Below, in pieces: positions 29,468-40,471 of a DNA stretch of 64,000 bases. A program made the position numbers and the translations under genes. The notes below the pieces were generated by a model. The model searched no databases, had not been told where the DNA came from, and saw only the letters and a list, made by a program, of their open reading frames with translations. The stretch is from Nitrospirota bacterium. Its GTDB lineage: Bacteria > Nitrospirota > Thermodesulfovibrionia > Thermodesulfovibrionales > Dissulfurispiraceae. The stretch lies in contig JBFMCP010000006.1 in the NCBI GenBank assembly GCA_040754455.1, positions 33,649-97,648 of the forward strand, given 5' to 3'. Positions within the stretch are counted from its first letter, which is position 1, and every line of letters starts with the position of its first letter.

Positions 29468-30061
29468 ATGACACAAGGAATTATCGAGAATCTTATCACC
29501 CAGCTTTCAAAACTTCCCGGCATCGGGAGGAAGAGCGCACAGCGTCTTGCCTTTTTCATCCTGACCATGCCTCCTGAAGAGGCAAAAGGGATCGCCGCTG
29601 CGATCAGCGACGTGAAGGACAAGGCGCGGTTCTGCTCCACCTGTTTCAATATTACTGATGTCGATCCCTGCGAGATCTGCAGTAATCCGGAGAGAGATAA
29701 AGGCAAAATCTGCGTGGTCGAGGAACCGAGCAATATCCTTGCCGTTGAACGGACCAGGAGCTTTACCGGCGTCTACCATGTCCTGCTGGGCGCGCTCTCG
29801 CCTCTCGACGGGATAACACCTGACCGCCTGAAAATACATGAGCTTACCACACGGATACAGACCGACTATGTGCAGGAGGTTATTCTGGCGACAAACCCCA
29901 ACACCAAGGGGGAAATGACCGCCCGTTATATTACCGAAGTGATTAAACCGCTCAATGTAAGAGTCACGAGGATTGCCTACGGGCTACCCATCGGCAGCGA
30001 TATCGAATTCGCGGATGAAGTCACACTCGCCAAAGCCCTCGAAGGTAGAAGAGACATGTAA
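29468..30061 (+). CDS. recR: Recombination protein RecR
   Basis: LPGIGRKSAQRLA, C4 Zn finger, ICVVE, YHVL, RIAYGLPIG. Confidence 0.96.
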   Translation: MTQGIIENLITQLSKLPGIGRKSAQRLAFFILTMPPEEAKGIAAAISDVKDKARFCSTCFNITDVDPCEICSNPERDKGKICVVEEPSNILAVERTRSFTGVYHVLLGALSPLDGITPDRLKIHELTTRIQTDYVQEVILATNPNTKGEMTARYITEVIKPLNVRVTRIAYGLPIGSDIEFADEVTLAKALEGRRDM

Positions 30062-30074
30062 AAGTCAAAAAGTT

Positions 30075-30401
30075 TTACTCGTTTTCTTCTCTTTTAATCC
30101 CGATCTCAACCTGCTTTTGCGCAATCCTTGTTCCCCTCGGCAGTCTCCTCCGGTCGAGCACTTCAGCGAGAAAGGGCAACAGAAGAGAGCCGAAAGGGAG
30201 CAGAAAAATAATCAGGACAGGGATAATAAGTGAGATCTTCAATAAATGAAGCTTGATCTTCAGCTTTTCCTCTGCTGTCCAGGGCTTACCGGTATTGCGG
30301 TTTTTCATCAGCAACTGCATCAGCCCTTTGGTTTCGAGGACCTGTTCGAGAATAAACGCTCTATTCTTTGCGATGAGCCGTTTGAAGTAATTGACAAGCA
30401 C
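30075..30401 (-). CDS. Small hypothetical membrane protein (LETM1-like segment possible)
   Basis: W-T-x-EEK...IPVLIIFLLPFGSLLLP helix with prolines; start uncertain. Confidence 0.55.
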   Translation of the reverse strand: MLVNYFKRLIAKNRAFILEQVLETKGLMQLLMKNRNTGKPWTAEEKLKIKLHLLKISLIIPVLIIFLLPFGSLLLPFLAEVLDRRRLPRGTRIAQKQVEIGIKREENE

Positions 30402-30445
30402 CGGTGCGGCCGAAGCTCTCTCCTTTCACACCCCCGACACAATTG

Positions 30446-32077
30446 TTATCGGATACCCAGTGCCTCTTTGGTTATCCGCTCTGCAGCATCGAAAACAGCC
30501 TGCTTCCCCTCAGCAGTCCTTGCTTCGATATAGAATCTGACCTTGGGTTCAGTACCCGACGGACGTATCATCAACCACGAGTCATCATCGAAGACCATTT
30601 TCGTTCCGTCCACGGTGATCAGGTCCTTGACCGTCCTCGTCGATCCTCCTATGGTGATCACTGTTCCTTTTTGGTATTTATCCTTTATACTTGAAAGCTT
30701 CTTAAGAAGCGGCGCTCCCACGAGGGCACGGTCGACGGCAATACCCGAACGGTCGGGATAGTAAGCGCCGAACTCTTGCATCAGGTCCTCAAGATAGGCG
30801 CTCAGATTCTTGCCGGTCACCGCCATCATCTCAAGGGCGATGAGCAGCCCGAAAAGGGCATCTTTCTCAAGAGTGTGATTATATGCGGAGATACCGTCGG
30901 ACTCCTCAAAAGCGACAATCGCTCTCTCCGGCGACGTTCTGAGAAGATAGGGCCTGAAATTCTTGAAGCCGACCTTTGTCTCTTTTACCGGGATGCCCAA
31001 TTTCTCCGCAATGGCATTCACGAGATTGCTCGTGCCCACCGACTTCACTGCCACTCCCGATATCCCTTTGTGCACGTGAAGAAAGTGCAGCACCATGGCA
31101 CCGAAGTAGTTCATCGGTATCTGCCGGGTACCATCGCTATGCCGGATGCGGTCGCCATCGGGGTCCATGATAACCCCTAACTTAAACGCCGCCCTGCTCT
31201 CTCTCAAAACCTCCTCTACTCCCCTCATGTTTTCCTCGGAAGGTTCGGGGGCTACACCACCGAAAAGGACATCGTTTTCCGTTCTGAGATATCTGATCGC
31301 GTCGCTTTTGCCGAGAATCCGTTCTATTTTTCCCCTCGTCGCACCATGCACATGATCGACGCAGACAATGCAGTCGGCCGTGCGCACAAAATCCCTGATC
31401 CTCTCCAGATTAAGCGTCTTCCTTCCGGCAATGTAGTCGATGTAGAGCGCCGTGAGATCAATTGTTTTGATTTCCGCCGGCCGCTTCGGTTCAAGCACGA
31501 GGGACGCTCCCATCATACGGTTCGCCATCTCCTCGATCTTCGAAGTGATCTCTGTGCCGGCAGGGCCTCCGTCAGAAGGGTTGAACTTGTATCCTGCATA
31601 GTTTGCAGGATTGTGCGAGGGAGTAAGATTAATCGAGCACGCGGCATTGGTCATCTCGATACCGGCGGAAAACTCGGGGGTCGTCGCTTCTCCCGCATAC
31701 CATGTCCTGATCCCGCTGTGCTGGAGAATCCCCAACACCTCACTGGCGAAATGGGGGCCGAGAAACCGATTATCGTGTCCGACGATAACGCCTCTTCTTG
31801 CAACCTCCTCAAAATCAGATACGCCCATTGCCTGCATGACTGCCTGATCGCCGCTTTTGAGCATCTCGACAATCGCGGTCGTCACAATGCGCAGGGCATT
31901 GAAGGTGTAGTCAGTGCCGATCTCGCCGCGCCACCCCGATGTGCCGAACACAATGGGTGCAGGGCGGGTATTCTCACGGGCAAACTGCTCTATGATCGGC
32001 AGCAGCTCGCTGCTTCTCGATATGTCCGACAACAGAACCTTCCAGCATGAAGCGGCATCTTTGAATGTCGTATGCAT
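30446..32077 (-). CDS. Phosphoglucomutase/phosphomannomutase family protein
   Basis: FGTSGWRG, TPSHNP, DPDGDR, VGFK, EES, RPSGTEPK. Confidence 0.92.
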   Translation of the reverse strand: MHTTFKDAASCWKVLLSDISRSSELLPIIEQFARENTRPAPIVFGTSGWRGEIGTDYTFNALRIVTTAIVEMLKSGDQAVMQAMGVSDFEEVARRGVIVGHDNRFLGPHFASEVLGILQHSGIRTWYAGEATTPEFSAGIEMTNAACSINLTPSHNPANYAGYKFNPSDGGPAGTEITSKIEEMANRMMGASLVLEPKRPAEIKTIDLTALYIDYIAGRKTLNLERIRDFVRTADCIVCVDHVHGATRGKIERILGKSDAIRYLRTENDVLFGGVAPEPSEENMRGVEEVLRESRAAFKLGVIMDPDGDRIRHSDGTRQIPMNYFGAMVLHFLHVHKGISGVAVKSVGTSNLVNAIAEKLGIPVKETKVGFKNFRPYLLRTSPERAIVAFEESDGISAYNHTLEKDALFGLLIALEMMAVTGKNLSAYLEDLMQEFGAYYPDRSGIAVDRALVGAPLLKKLSSIKDKYQKGTVITIGGSTRTVKDLITVDGTKMVFDDDSWLMIRPSGTEPKVRFYIEARTAEGKQAVFDAAERITKEALGIR

Positions 32078-32214
32078 GTACCCCCCCGGGGATTGTAGTA
32101 GCAACACAGAACTATTGTATCACAAGAAACCAATCCTTTCGAGACCAGCATAATATGTTTCCAGATCGTATACGCAATACATCGACAGCCGCCGGTTCTC
32201 CTGTTATAGTGCTG

Positions 32215-33540
32215 CTATCGCGAGTTGTACAACGCGATACGCTCGCCCCACTCCATTGCCTTATGGAGGATATCCTGCTCACAGGCATCCACGAACGAGC
32301 CTCCGTTGATAATCAGACGACCGTCCACCAGCACGCTCTCGACATCGGAAGCGCGTGCAGCGTAGACAATGTGCGAGTAAACGTCGTAGAGAGGAAGGAG
32401 ATGCGGCTTCCGGAGGTTGATCGTGATAAGATCAGCCTTTTTGCCCTTCGCAATGCTGCCGATGCTCGAGCCCATGCCGAGCACCTCGGCGCCCCACCGT
32501 GTAGCCATAAGGAGCGCTGTCTTTGAATCGAGCACCGTCGGGTCTTTTGCGGCCGTTTTATGGAGTTTCGCAGCAGTAGAAAGCTCGCTGAGGATATTCA
32601 GGTCATTGTTGCTGGCAGCGCCATCGGTCCCGAAGGAGACCTTCACCCCTGCAGCAAGCATCCTTGGCACGGGAGCTATCCCGGAGGCGAGTTTGAGATT
32701 GCTCTCAAGACAATGGGAGACGCCGACCTCCCGCTCAGCAAGGAGCGCTATTTCGTGCTCATCGACCCAGACGCAATGGGCGGCAACGACCCGCCGGTTG
32801 AGGACACCGATGGCGGCGAGGTGCTCGACCGGCCGTTTACCGTATTTTGAGACAATCTCGCCGACCTCCCACTCCGTCTCCGACAGATGAATCGACATCA
32901 GCACATCGTGGCGCTCAGCAAGTGCCATGGCACGCTGCAGTGTCTCAGGGCCGCAGGCATAGGCGGAATGGGGAGCGATGCAGGGCGTAATCAATTCATC
33001 CCCTTTCCACTCCTCGATGAAACGCTCGGCGTTGTCGAGGTATTCATCAATGGTCTTTGCAGTCATGGTGGGAAAATCGAGAATCCCCACACCCAGCACC
33101 GCCCTCATCCCGAGTTTTTTTGTAGACGCTGCCGCGCTCCCACCGAAAAAATACATATCATTATATGTGGTGATTCCCGCTTTGAGCATTTCAACGCAGG
33201 CGAGTTCTATGGCATCAGCGACAAACCCGGAGCTCAAGAGACTGTTTTCCGCCGGCCATATATGCTCTTCAAGCCATACCTTCAAAGGGAGATCATCAGC
33301 AAGCCCCCTGAAGTAGACCATTGCCGCATGAGTGTGAGTATTGATGAGCCCGGGGAGTACCACTCTGCCCTCGCCGCCCACAATGCGGTCGCACTGATAA
33401 TCACGCAGAATGCTCTCTGAAGGGGCAACATCGATAATGCGCCGGTCCTTGACAGCAACAGCACCATCGACGATCGTATCCATCCGCTCATCTATGGTGA
33501 GCACATAATCGCCGCGAACAATGTAATCAACCGATTCCAT
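32215..33540 (-). CDS. mtaD: Amidohydrolase, MTA/SAH deaminase-like
   Basis: PGLINTHTH, RGLADDLPL, APHSAY, HLSET, AHCV, SNLKLASG, GTDGAASNN. Confidence 0.8.
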   Translation of the reverse strand: MESVDYIVRGDYVLTIDERMDTIVDGAVAVKDRRIIDVAPSESILRDYQCDRIVGGEGRVVLPGLINTHTHAAMVYFRGLADDLPLKVWLEEHIWPAENSLLSSGFVADAIELACVEMLKAGITTYNDMYFFGGSAAASTKKLGMRAVLGVGILDFPTMTAKTIDEYLDNAERFIEEWKGDELITPCIAPHSAYACGPETLQRAMALAERHDVLMSIHLSETEWEVGEIVSKYGKRPVEHLAAIGVLNRRVVAAHCVWVDEHEIALLAEREVGVSHCLESNLKLASGIAPVPRMLAAGVKVSFGTDGAASNNDLNILSELSTAAKLHKTAAKDPTVLDSKTALLMATRWGAEVLGMGSSIGSIAKGKKADLITINLRKPHLLPLYDVYSHIVYAARASDVESVLVDGRLIINGGSFVDACEQDILHKAMEWGERIALYNSR

Positions 33541-33572
33541 AAAAGGGACTCCTTTGCTCTAAAACTAAACCT

Positions 33573-33611
33573 ACCACGGAAACACGGGGAATCTCTCTGT
33601 GTCTCCGTGGT
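33573..33611. repeat. Short inverted repeat (ACCACGGAAACACGG ... CTGTGTCTCCGTGGT)
   Basis: Imperfect palindrome in the mqnP-mtaD spacer. Confidence 0.55.
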
Positions 33612-33624
33612 TAATTTTTCTTTG

Positions 33625-34488
33625 TTACCGCATCAGTACCGCCGCAAGCGTGCATATGAATATCGTGATACTGATATAGCCGTTCATATTGAAAAATGCC
33701 ATATTCAGCTTGCTCAGGTCATGGGGCCTTACGAGCGAGTGCTCATAGACCAAAAGCGCGCCAACGAAAACCATTCCTATCCAGTAGGCAATCCCCAGGT
33801 TGAACAGCACCCCGTTCACGAAGAGCAGCGACCAGGTAATCAGGTGAAATACCCGTGAAAGCGTCAGTGTCCTTGCAATGCCGAACCGCTGCGGAATGGA
33901 GTGGAGTCCGTACTGACGGTCAAACTCGATATCCTGGAGCGCGTAGAGGACATCGAACCCGGCAAGCCAGAAGACGACGGCAATGCTGAGCGGCAGCACC
34001 TCCGCATCAACCGTCCCCCGCACGGCAATCCAGGCACCCAGCGGGGCTGCGGAAATAGCGATGCCGAGGACAAAGTGTGCAAGCCAGGTAAAACGCTTTG
34101 TATATGAATAGAGGAACAGCACGGCAATCGCCAGGGGAGAGAGCTTAAGCGCAAGGGGATTGAGCATGAAGGCGGCAAGGACAAAAACAGCGAAAGAGAC
34201 AACGGTGAATACCGTTGCATCAACAGTCCGTATCTTGCCCGAAGGGATTTCCCTGGCCGCTGTCCTCGGATTTGCCGCATCGATCCGTCGGTCGATGATC
34301 CTGTTCAGCCCCATTGCCCCTGACCTCGCCCCGACCATGGCAACGGTAATCCAGAGCAGTTTCCCTGTCGCGGGAATTCCCGCTGCAGCGAGGACCGCTC
34401 CGGTGAAGGCGAAAGGGAGTGCAAAGACAGAGTGCGAGAACTTGATCATCCTCAGATAGAGGACGATTTTTGAGAAGATTTTTTCCAT
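33625..34488 (-). CDS. mqnP: UbiA-like polyprenyltransferase (MqnP type, futalosine pathway)
   Basis: IKFSHSVFALPF, NRIIDRRIDAANPRT, YSYTKRFT, GFDVLYALQD, AFFNMNG. Confidence 0.8.
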   Translation of the reverse strand: MEKIFSKIVLYLRMIKFSHSVFALPFAFTGAVLAAAGIPATGKLLWITVAMVGARSGAMGLNRIIDRRIDAANPRTAAREIPSGKIRTVDATVFTVVSFAVFVLAAFMLNPLALKLSPLAIAVLFLYSYTKRFTWLAHFVLGIAISAAPLGAWIAVRGTVDAEVLPLSIAVVFWLAGFDVLYALQDIEFDRQYGLHSIPQRFGIARTLTLSRVFHLITWSLLFVNGVLFNLGIAYWIGMVFVGALLVYEHSLVRPHDLSKLNMAFFNMNGYISITIFICTLAAVLMR

Positions 34489-34609
34489 AACTGGTATGAT
34501 ACCATACCTCTTCCACAGGAGGAATAACAGGGGCTTCTCCAGCGGGAAATGGGTGTTTTCCCCTGGGATTACAAAGCATTCTTTTGGTAGCCAGTCAGTC
34601 CCATGCTTC

Positions 34610-34638
34610 TTGACAAAGCATGAAAACTATGTTAAGAA
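34610..34638 (+). promoter_or_regulatory. Putative sigma70 promoter of gcvH-lpdA
   Basis: TTGACA-N17-TAAGAA with TG extension. Confidence 0.45.
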
Positions 34639-34680
34639 TTTCTCAAATTCCGTTTTTCTGATACCACCAAGGAGGAAGGC

Positions 34681-35067
34681 ATGTATCCGGATAATCTCAA
34701 GTATCACAAAGAGCACACATGGGTGAAGGTTTCAGGGAGAAAGGCAACCGTCGGCATCACCGACTACGCGCAGGATGCACTGGGAGACATCGTCTACATC
34801 GACCTTCCCGAGATAGAGGCCACCGTCGAAGCCAATGCCGAGATGGCGGAGATCGAGTCCACCAAAGCCACCTCCTCTGTCGTTGCACCGGTCAGCGGCA
34901 CGGTCATCGAGATTAACGAGAAACTTACCGATTCTCCTGAAATTATAAATGAAGAACCGTACGGCAAGGGATGGATTGCGGTCATCGAGATGGAGGATGA
35001 GGCCGAACTCGACGATCTGATGGATGCCGAGGACTATGAACGCTACATTGAAGAGGAAGCGAAATGA
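34681..35067 (+). CDS. gcvH: Glycine cleavage system H protein (lipoyl carrier)
   Basis: HTWV, VGITDYAQDALGDIVY, ESTKA lipoyl-Lys, EPYGKGW. Confidence 0.93.
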   Translation: MYPDNLKYHKEHTWVKVSGRKATVGITDYAQDALGDIVYIDLPEIEATVEANAEMAEIESTKATSSVVAPVSGTVIEINEKLTDSPEIINEEPYGKGWIAVIEMEDEAELDDLMDAEDYERYIEEEAK

Positions 35068-36449
35068 ACGTTACGGTGATCGGTGCAGGACCTGGAGGTT
35101 ATGTGGCAGCATTGAAAGCGGCCCAGCTCGGTGCCCGCGTTACCGTCATAGAGGACGCTGAAGTGGGCGGCACCTGCCTGAACTGGGGGTGTATCCCCAC
35201 CAAGGCGCTCGTCGGCTCCATCGAGGCGCTGCGCAAGGCACGGCATGCCGAGGAATTCGGCGTCGAGATCTCCGGACCGGTTGCCCCCAATCTTGCCAAA
35301 ATCATGGAGCGGAAAGATAAGGTCGTTGCAACACAGATCAAGGGCATCCGCTCGCTCTTCAAGGGCCGCGGCATCACCCTGATTGAAGGGAGGGGAATGC
35401 TGCTCACTCCCGAAAAGATCGAGGTGCAGAAAAAAGACGGTGCTGTCGAGATCATCGAAACCGATAAGATCATCATCGCCACAGGGTCGCGGCCTGCACA
35501 GATACCCCTCTTTCCCTGCGACGGTGAGCATCTCCTCTCAAGTGACGATGCGGTCGGCTTGAAGGCGATTCCCAAAAGTATCATTATCGTCGGCGCCGGC
35601 GTCATCGGCTGTGAGTTCGCCTGCATCTTCAGCGAGCTCGGGACCGAGGTCACCATGATCGACCTGATGCCCCGGGTGCTTTCGACGGAAGATCCCGAGA
35701 TAGCGGAAATCCTTGCGAGAGAGCTGAAAAAGAAAAAGGTCAAAGTGCTGACCGGCACTTCAGCAGGACAGGTGGAAGGCCGCCATGACGGCATTCATGT
35801 TACGCTCATTGACGGCAAGGAGCTCGTCGCGGAAAAGCTCCTCGTTGCAATCGGCCGCTTTTTCAATACCGAAAATTTAGGGCTCGAGGCAGTGGGGGTA
35901 AAAAGAGGAAGCAAAAGGGAAATACTCGTCAATGAAAAGATGGAGACGAATATAGAAGGCATCTATGCGGTCGGTGATGTGACCGGCGGCATGCTCCTCG
36001 CCCATGTCGCATCACATGAGGGCATTGTTGCCGCCTCAAATGCCTGCGGCATCGAAAAGACCATGGACTACTCCGTTGTTCCCTCCGGTATATTTACCTA
36101 TCCCGAAATCGGTTCGGTAGGTCTGCGGGAGCACCAGGCAGCCGAGCAGGGGTTGAACATAAGAATCGGGCGCTTTCAGTTCAGGGCATTAGGCAAAGCC
36201 CATGCCATGGGAGAGATCGCCGGCATGATCAAGATCATTGCCGATGCCGTCACCGACCAGGTGCTCGGCGTGCATATCATCGGTCCTCATGCCTCGGATC
36301 TCATTCACGAGGGGGCGCTCGCCATGAAGGCAGGCCTCACCTCGCAGGCGGTCGCCGATATGATCCACGCCCATCCTACCCTGTCGGAAGGCATCATGGA
36401 AGCCGCCGCCGATGTGCATGGCGAAGCACTCCATGTACTTCCGAAGTAG
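35064..36449 (+). CDS. lpdA: Dihydrolipoyl dehydrogenase
   Basis: GAGPGGY, GGTCLNWGCIPTK, GAGVIG, HAHPTLSE. Confidence 0.95.
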   Translation: MNVTVIGAGPGGYVAALKAAQLGARVTVIEDAEVGGTCLNWGCIPTKALVGSIEALRKARHAEEFGVEISGPVAPNLAKIMERKDKVVATQIKGIRSLFKGRGITLIEGRGMLLTPEKIEVQKKDGAVEIIETDKIIIATGSRPAQIPLFPCDGEHLLSSDDAVGLKAIPKSIIIVGAGVIGCEFACIFSELGTEVTMIDLMPRVLSTEDPEIAEILARELKKKKVKVLTGTSAGQVEGRHDGIHVTLIDGKELVAEKLLVAIGRFFNTENLGLEAVGVKRGSKREILVNEKMETNIEGIYAVGDVTGGMLLAHVASHEGIVAASNACGIEKTMDYSVVPSGIFTYPEIGSVGLREHQAAEQGLNIRIGRFQFRALGKAHAMGEIAGMIKIIADAVTDQVLGVHIIGPHASDLIHEGALAMKAGLTSQAVADMIHAHPTLSEGIMEAAADVHGEALHVLPK

Positions 36450-36475
36450 CACCACGCGCCGGCAATACTTTATAA

Positions 36476-37825
<1,350 letters not shown>

Positions 37826-37924
37826 TATTCACGATGCGGACAGGAACGGGGTTGGAGCACACCTTTCTGTCTTTAACCCGAACGCGTAGCCCTGTATAGA
37901 TTTTTTCAGTCCGTATGTTTCATA

Positions 37925-38275
37925 ATGTCTGACATGCGGGGCAGGATCAGACCGAAAAATTTGAGGCAACAGGTCGCTGTTGAGAGCAAGAGACGCACCG
38001 TTCTCTTCTTCAGCATCGTCTCTGTTGCCTTTTTGTATTTGAGCTTCACCCTGCTCTTCGGGAATATGGGGTTCCTCAAATACAACGAGCTCAAAAAGAC
38101 GAAGAGCAGGCTCGAGTCGGAAATAACCACCCTGGAACAGGAAAACAAGCAGCTCAAGCAGCATGTCACCGCACTCAAGCAGGATCCCTTCTACATCGAA
38201 AAACATGCGCGGGAAGAGTACGGTCTGGCAAAACCCGACGAGTACATCTTCCAGTTCAACGACAATGCCCGATAA
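37925..38275 (+). CDS. ftsB: Septum formation initiator FtsB/DivIC
   Basis: TM helix, coiled coil, IEKHAREEYGLAKPDE; downstream of eno. Confidence 0.85.
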   Translation: MSDMRGRIRPKNLRQQVAVESKRRTVLFFSIVSVAFLYLSFTLLFGNMGFLKYNELKKTKSRLESEITTLEQENKQLKQHVTALKQDPFYIEKHAREEYGLAKPDEYIFQFNDNAR

Positions 38276-40442
38276 TCCCCTCTACGTCGCCCTCATCTGG
38301 CACATGCATCAGCCATACTATAAGGATCCCTTCACCGGGATTTATCGCCTTCCCTGGGTCAGGCTGCACGGGGTAAAGGACTATCTCGATATGCTCAAGA
38401 TCGCCGCAGAATTCCCCGATGTGCACCATACGTTCAATCTCGTTCCCTCGCTGCTCGAGCAGCTGAACGATTATGTCGAGCATAACGCCACCGACCGCCA
38501 TCTCGAACTCACGCTCAAGGCCCCGGCGGACCTCACGGAGGCGGAGCGGCTCTTCGTTCTGGAAAATTTCTTCCTCGCCAATTGGGACAATATGATAAAA
38601 CCTTTCCCCCGCTACTACGAGCTGCTCACGATGAGGGGATTCCGCATCACCAAGGGTGATGTCCTGCGGGCATCGCGGTACTTTAAAGAGAACGATCTCA
38701 GGGATCTTCAGGTACTCTTCAACCTGGCCTGGATCGACCCCCTGTTCAGAGAGAGCGATCCCTTTCTGCAGGGCCTCGTACAGAAAGGAAGAGATTATAC
38801 CGAGGAGGAAAAACAGCTCCTCATCGAGAAGCAACTGCAGATATTGAAAGAAATCATTCCTGAATACAGGAGATTGAGCAGTTCAGGCCAGATCGAGCTC
38901 TCCGTCACCCCTTATTACCATCCCATACTCCCCCTCCTGTGGGACACCGATATCGCACGGATGGCAATGCCGCAGGTGAATCTCCCGAAGAGGAGATTCT
39001 CTTATCCCGAAGACGCGATCGCACAGATCAGAATGGCCATCGAATACTTCGAGGGGCTCTTCGGGTATCGGCCTGCAGGCATGTGGCCCTCTGAAGGCTC
39101 GGTCAGCGAAGAAGTGGTGCGGGCGATGGGCGCGGAGGGGATACGGTGGGCCGCCTCGGACGAGGAGGTACTTTCCCGCTCACTCGGCAGGCCGTTCAGG
39201 AGCCCTGAGGGCCATCTGATCGATGCGACAGCACTCTATCGGCCCCATCAGTTCGGCAACGTCTCACTCTTCTTCCGCGATCACAGGCTTTCGGACCTTA
39301 TCGGGTTCACCTATTCAGGATGGAAAGCGGAAAAGGCGGTGGAGGACTTCATGAACAAGTTCGTGCAGATACGGAATGCCCTCCCCCGCGACAGGGCTTA
39401 TATCGTTCCGGTGATCCTCGATGGGGAAAACGCCTGGGAATACTACGCCAACGACGGCCACGACTTCCTGCGCGGACTCTTCCGGGCACTGAGCAATGAC
39501 CGCCGCTTCAAGGCGGTGACGATCTCCGAATTCATGAATGAGCACGGCGCCGGCGATCCCCTGCCGCGTCTGCATGCAGGATCGTGGATCAGTGCGAACT
39601 TCGGCATCTGGATCGGCCACGAGGAAGACAACCTTGCGTGGGACTATCTGACCCAGACAAGAGATGATCTTGAAGCATTCAGCAAGACCCATCCCGATAG
39701 CGACCTCTCCGCAGCCTGGAAGGCATTGTATGCCGCCGAAGGCAGCGACTGGAACTGGTGGTACGGCGACGAGCACACCACCGAAACACAGGAGGACTTC
39801 GACGAGCTCTTCAGGAGCTACCTGATGACGGTCTATAAGGTCATGGGACAGGATATTCCCCCCCACCTCTTTGTGCCGATACTGCGCGAGGACAGGAGCA
39901 TCGCACCCCAGGCGCCAATCCGTGGCTTCATTCACCCGAAGATCGACGGATACGTCACCAGTTATTTCGAGTGGCACCAGGCAGCGCAGATGGAGGTGAA
40001 GCGGTCGGGGGGAAGCATGCATAAGTCCGAAAGCTTTATCACCAGCCTGTATTACGGCTTTAATAAAGACCATCTCTACATAAGAATTGATCCCGCGGTC
40101 TCTTTTGCCAAGTTGAAGGAGCGCATTGTCATCCACATCAACATCGTCCATCCCCTCACCGCCAGAATAATCTTTACCCCCCGGGACAGCGGCAGGGGAG
40201 CGCTCTTTTATGAAAAAGTTCTTGAACAGTGGACCGAGACCGCTTCGATACAGAAGGTCGCTGCACAGGATATCTTCGAAATTGAGCTGCCGTTTGCTCA
40301 CCTCAGGGCTGCGGAAAACGATGAAGTCCATTTTTCCGTCGAAATACTGCGCGACAGCGAGGGGGTTGAGCGTGCGCCGTGGCGTGGACATATCACCGTG
40401 ACCGTACCCTCCCCTCACTACGAGTCCATCATGTGGTACTGA
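38265..40442 (+). CDS. Glycoside hydrolase family 57 (amylopullulanase-like)
   Basis: WHMHQP, HPILPLL, GMWPSE, ILDGENAWE, AEGSDWNWW. Confidence 0.92.
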   Translation: MPDNPLYVALIWHMHQPYYKDPFTGIYRLPWVRLHGVKDYLDMLKIAAEFPDVHHTFNLVPSLLEQLNDYVEHNATDRHLELTLKAPADLTEAERLFVLENFFLANWDNMIKPFPRYYELLTMRGFRITKGDVLRASRYFKENDLRDLQVLFNLAWIDPLFRESDPFLQGLVQKGRDYTEEEKQLLIEKQLQILKEIIPEYRRLSSSGQIELSVTPYYHPILPLLWDTDIARMAMPQVNLPKRRFSYPEDAIAQIRMAIEYFEGLFGYRPAGMWPSEGSVSEEVVRAMGAEGIRWAASDEEVLSRSLGRPFRSPEGHLIDATALYRPHQFGNVSLFFRDHRLSDLIGFTYSGWKAEKAVEDFMNKFVQIRNALPRDRAYIVPVILDGENAWEYYANDGHDFLRGLFRALSNDRRFKAVTISEFMNEHGAGDPLPRLHAGSWISANFGIWIGHEEDNLAWDYLTQTRDDLEAFSKTHPDSDLSAAWKALYAAEGSDWNWWYGDEHTTETQEDFDELFRSYLMTVYKVMGQDIPPHLFVPILREDRSIAPQAPIRGFIHPKIDGYVTSYFEWHQAAQMEVKRSGGSMHKSESFITSLYYGFNKDHLYIRIDPAVSFAKLKERIVIHINIVHPLTARIIFTPRDSGRGALFYEKVLEQWTETASIQKVAAQDIFEIELPFAHLRAAENDEVHFSVEILRDSEGVERAPWRGHITVTVPSPHYESIMWY

Positions 40443-40471
40443 AGCGCCGCTATCCTGCCTAATCGAAGATA

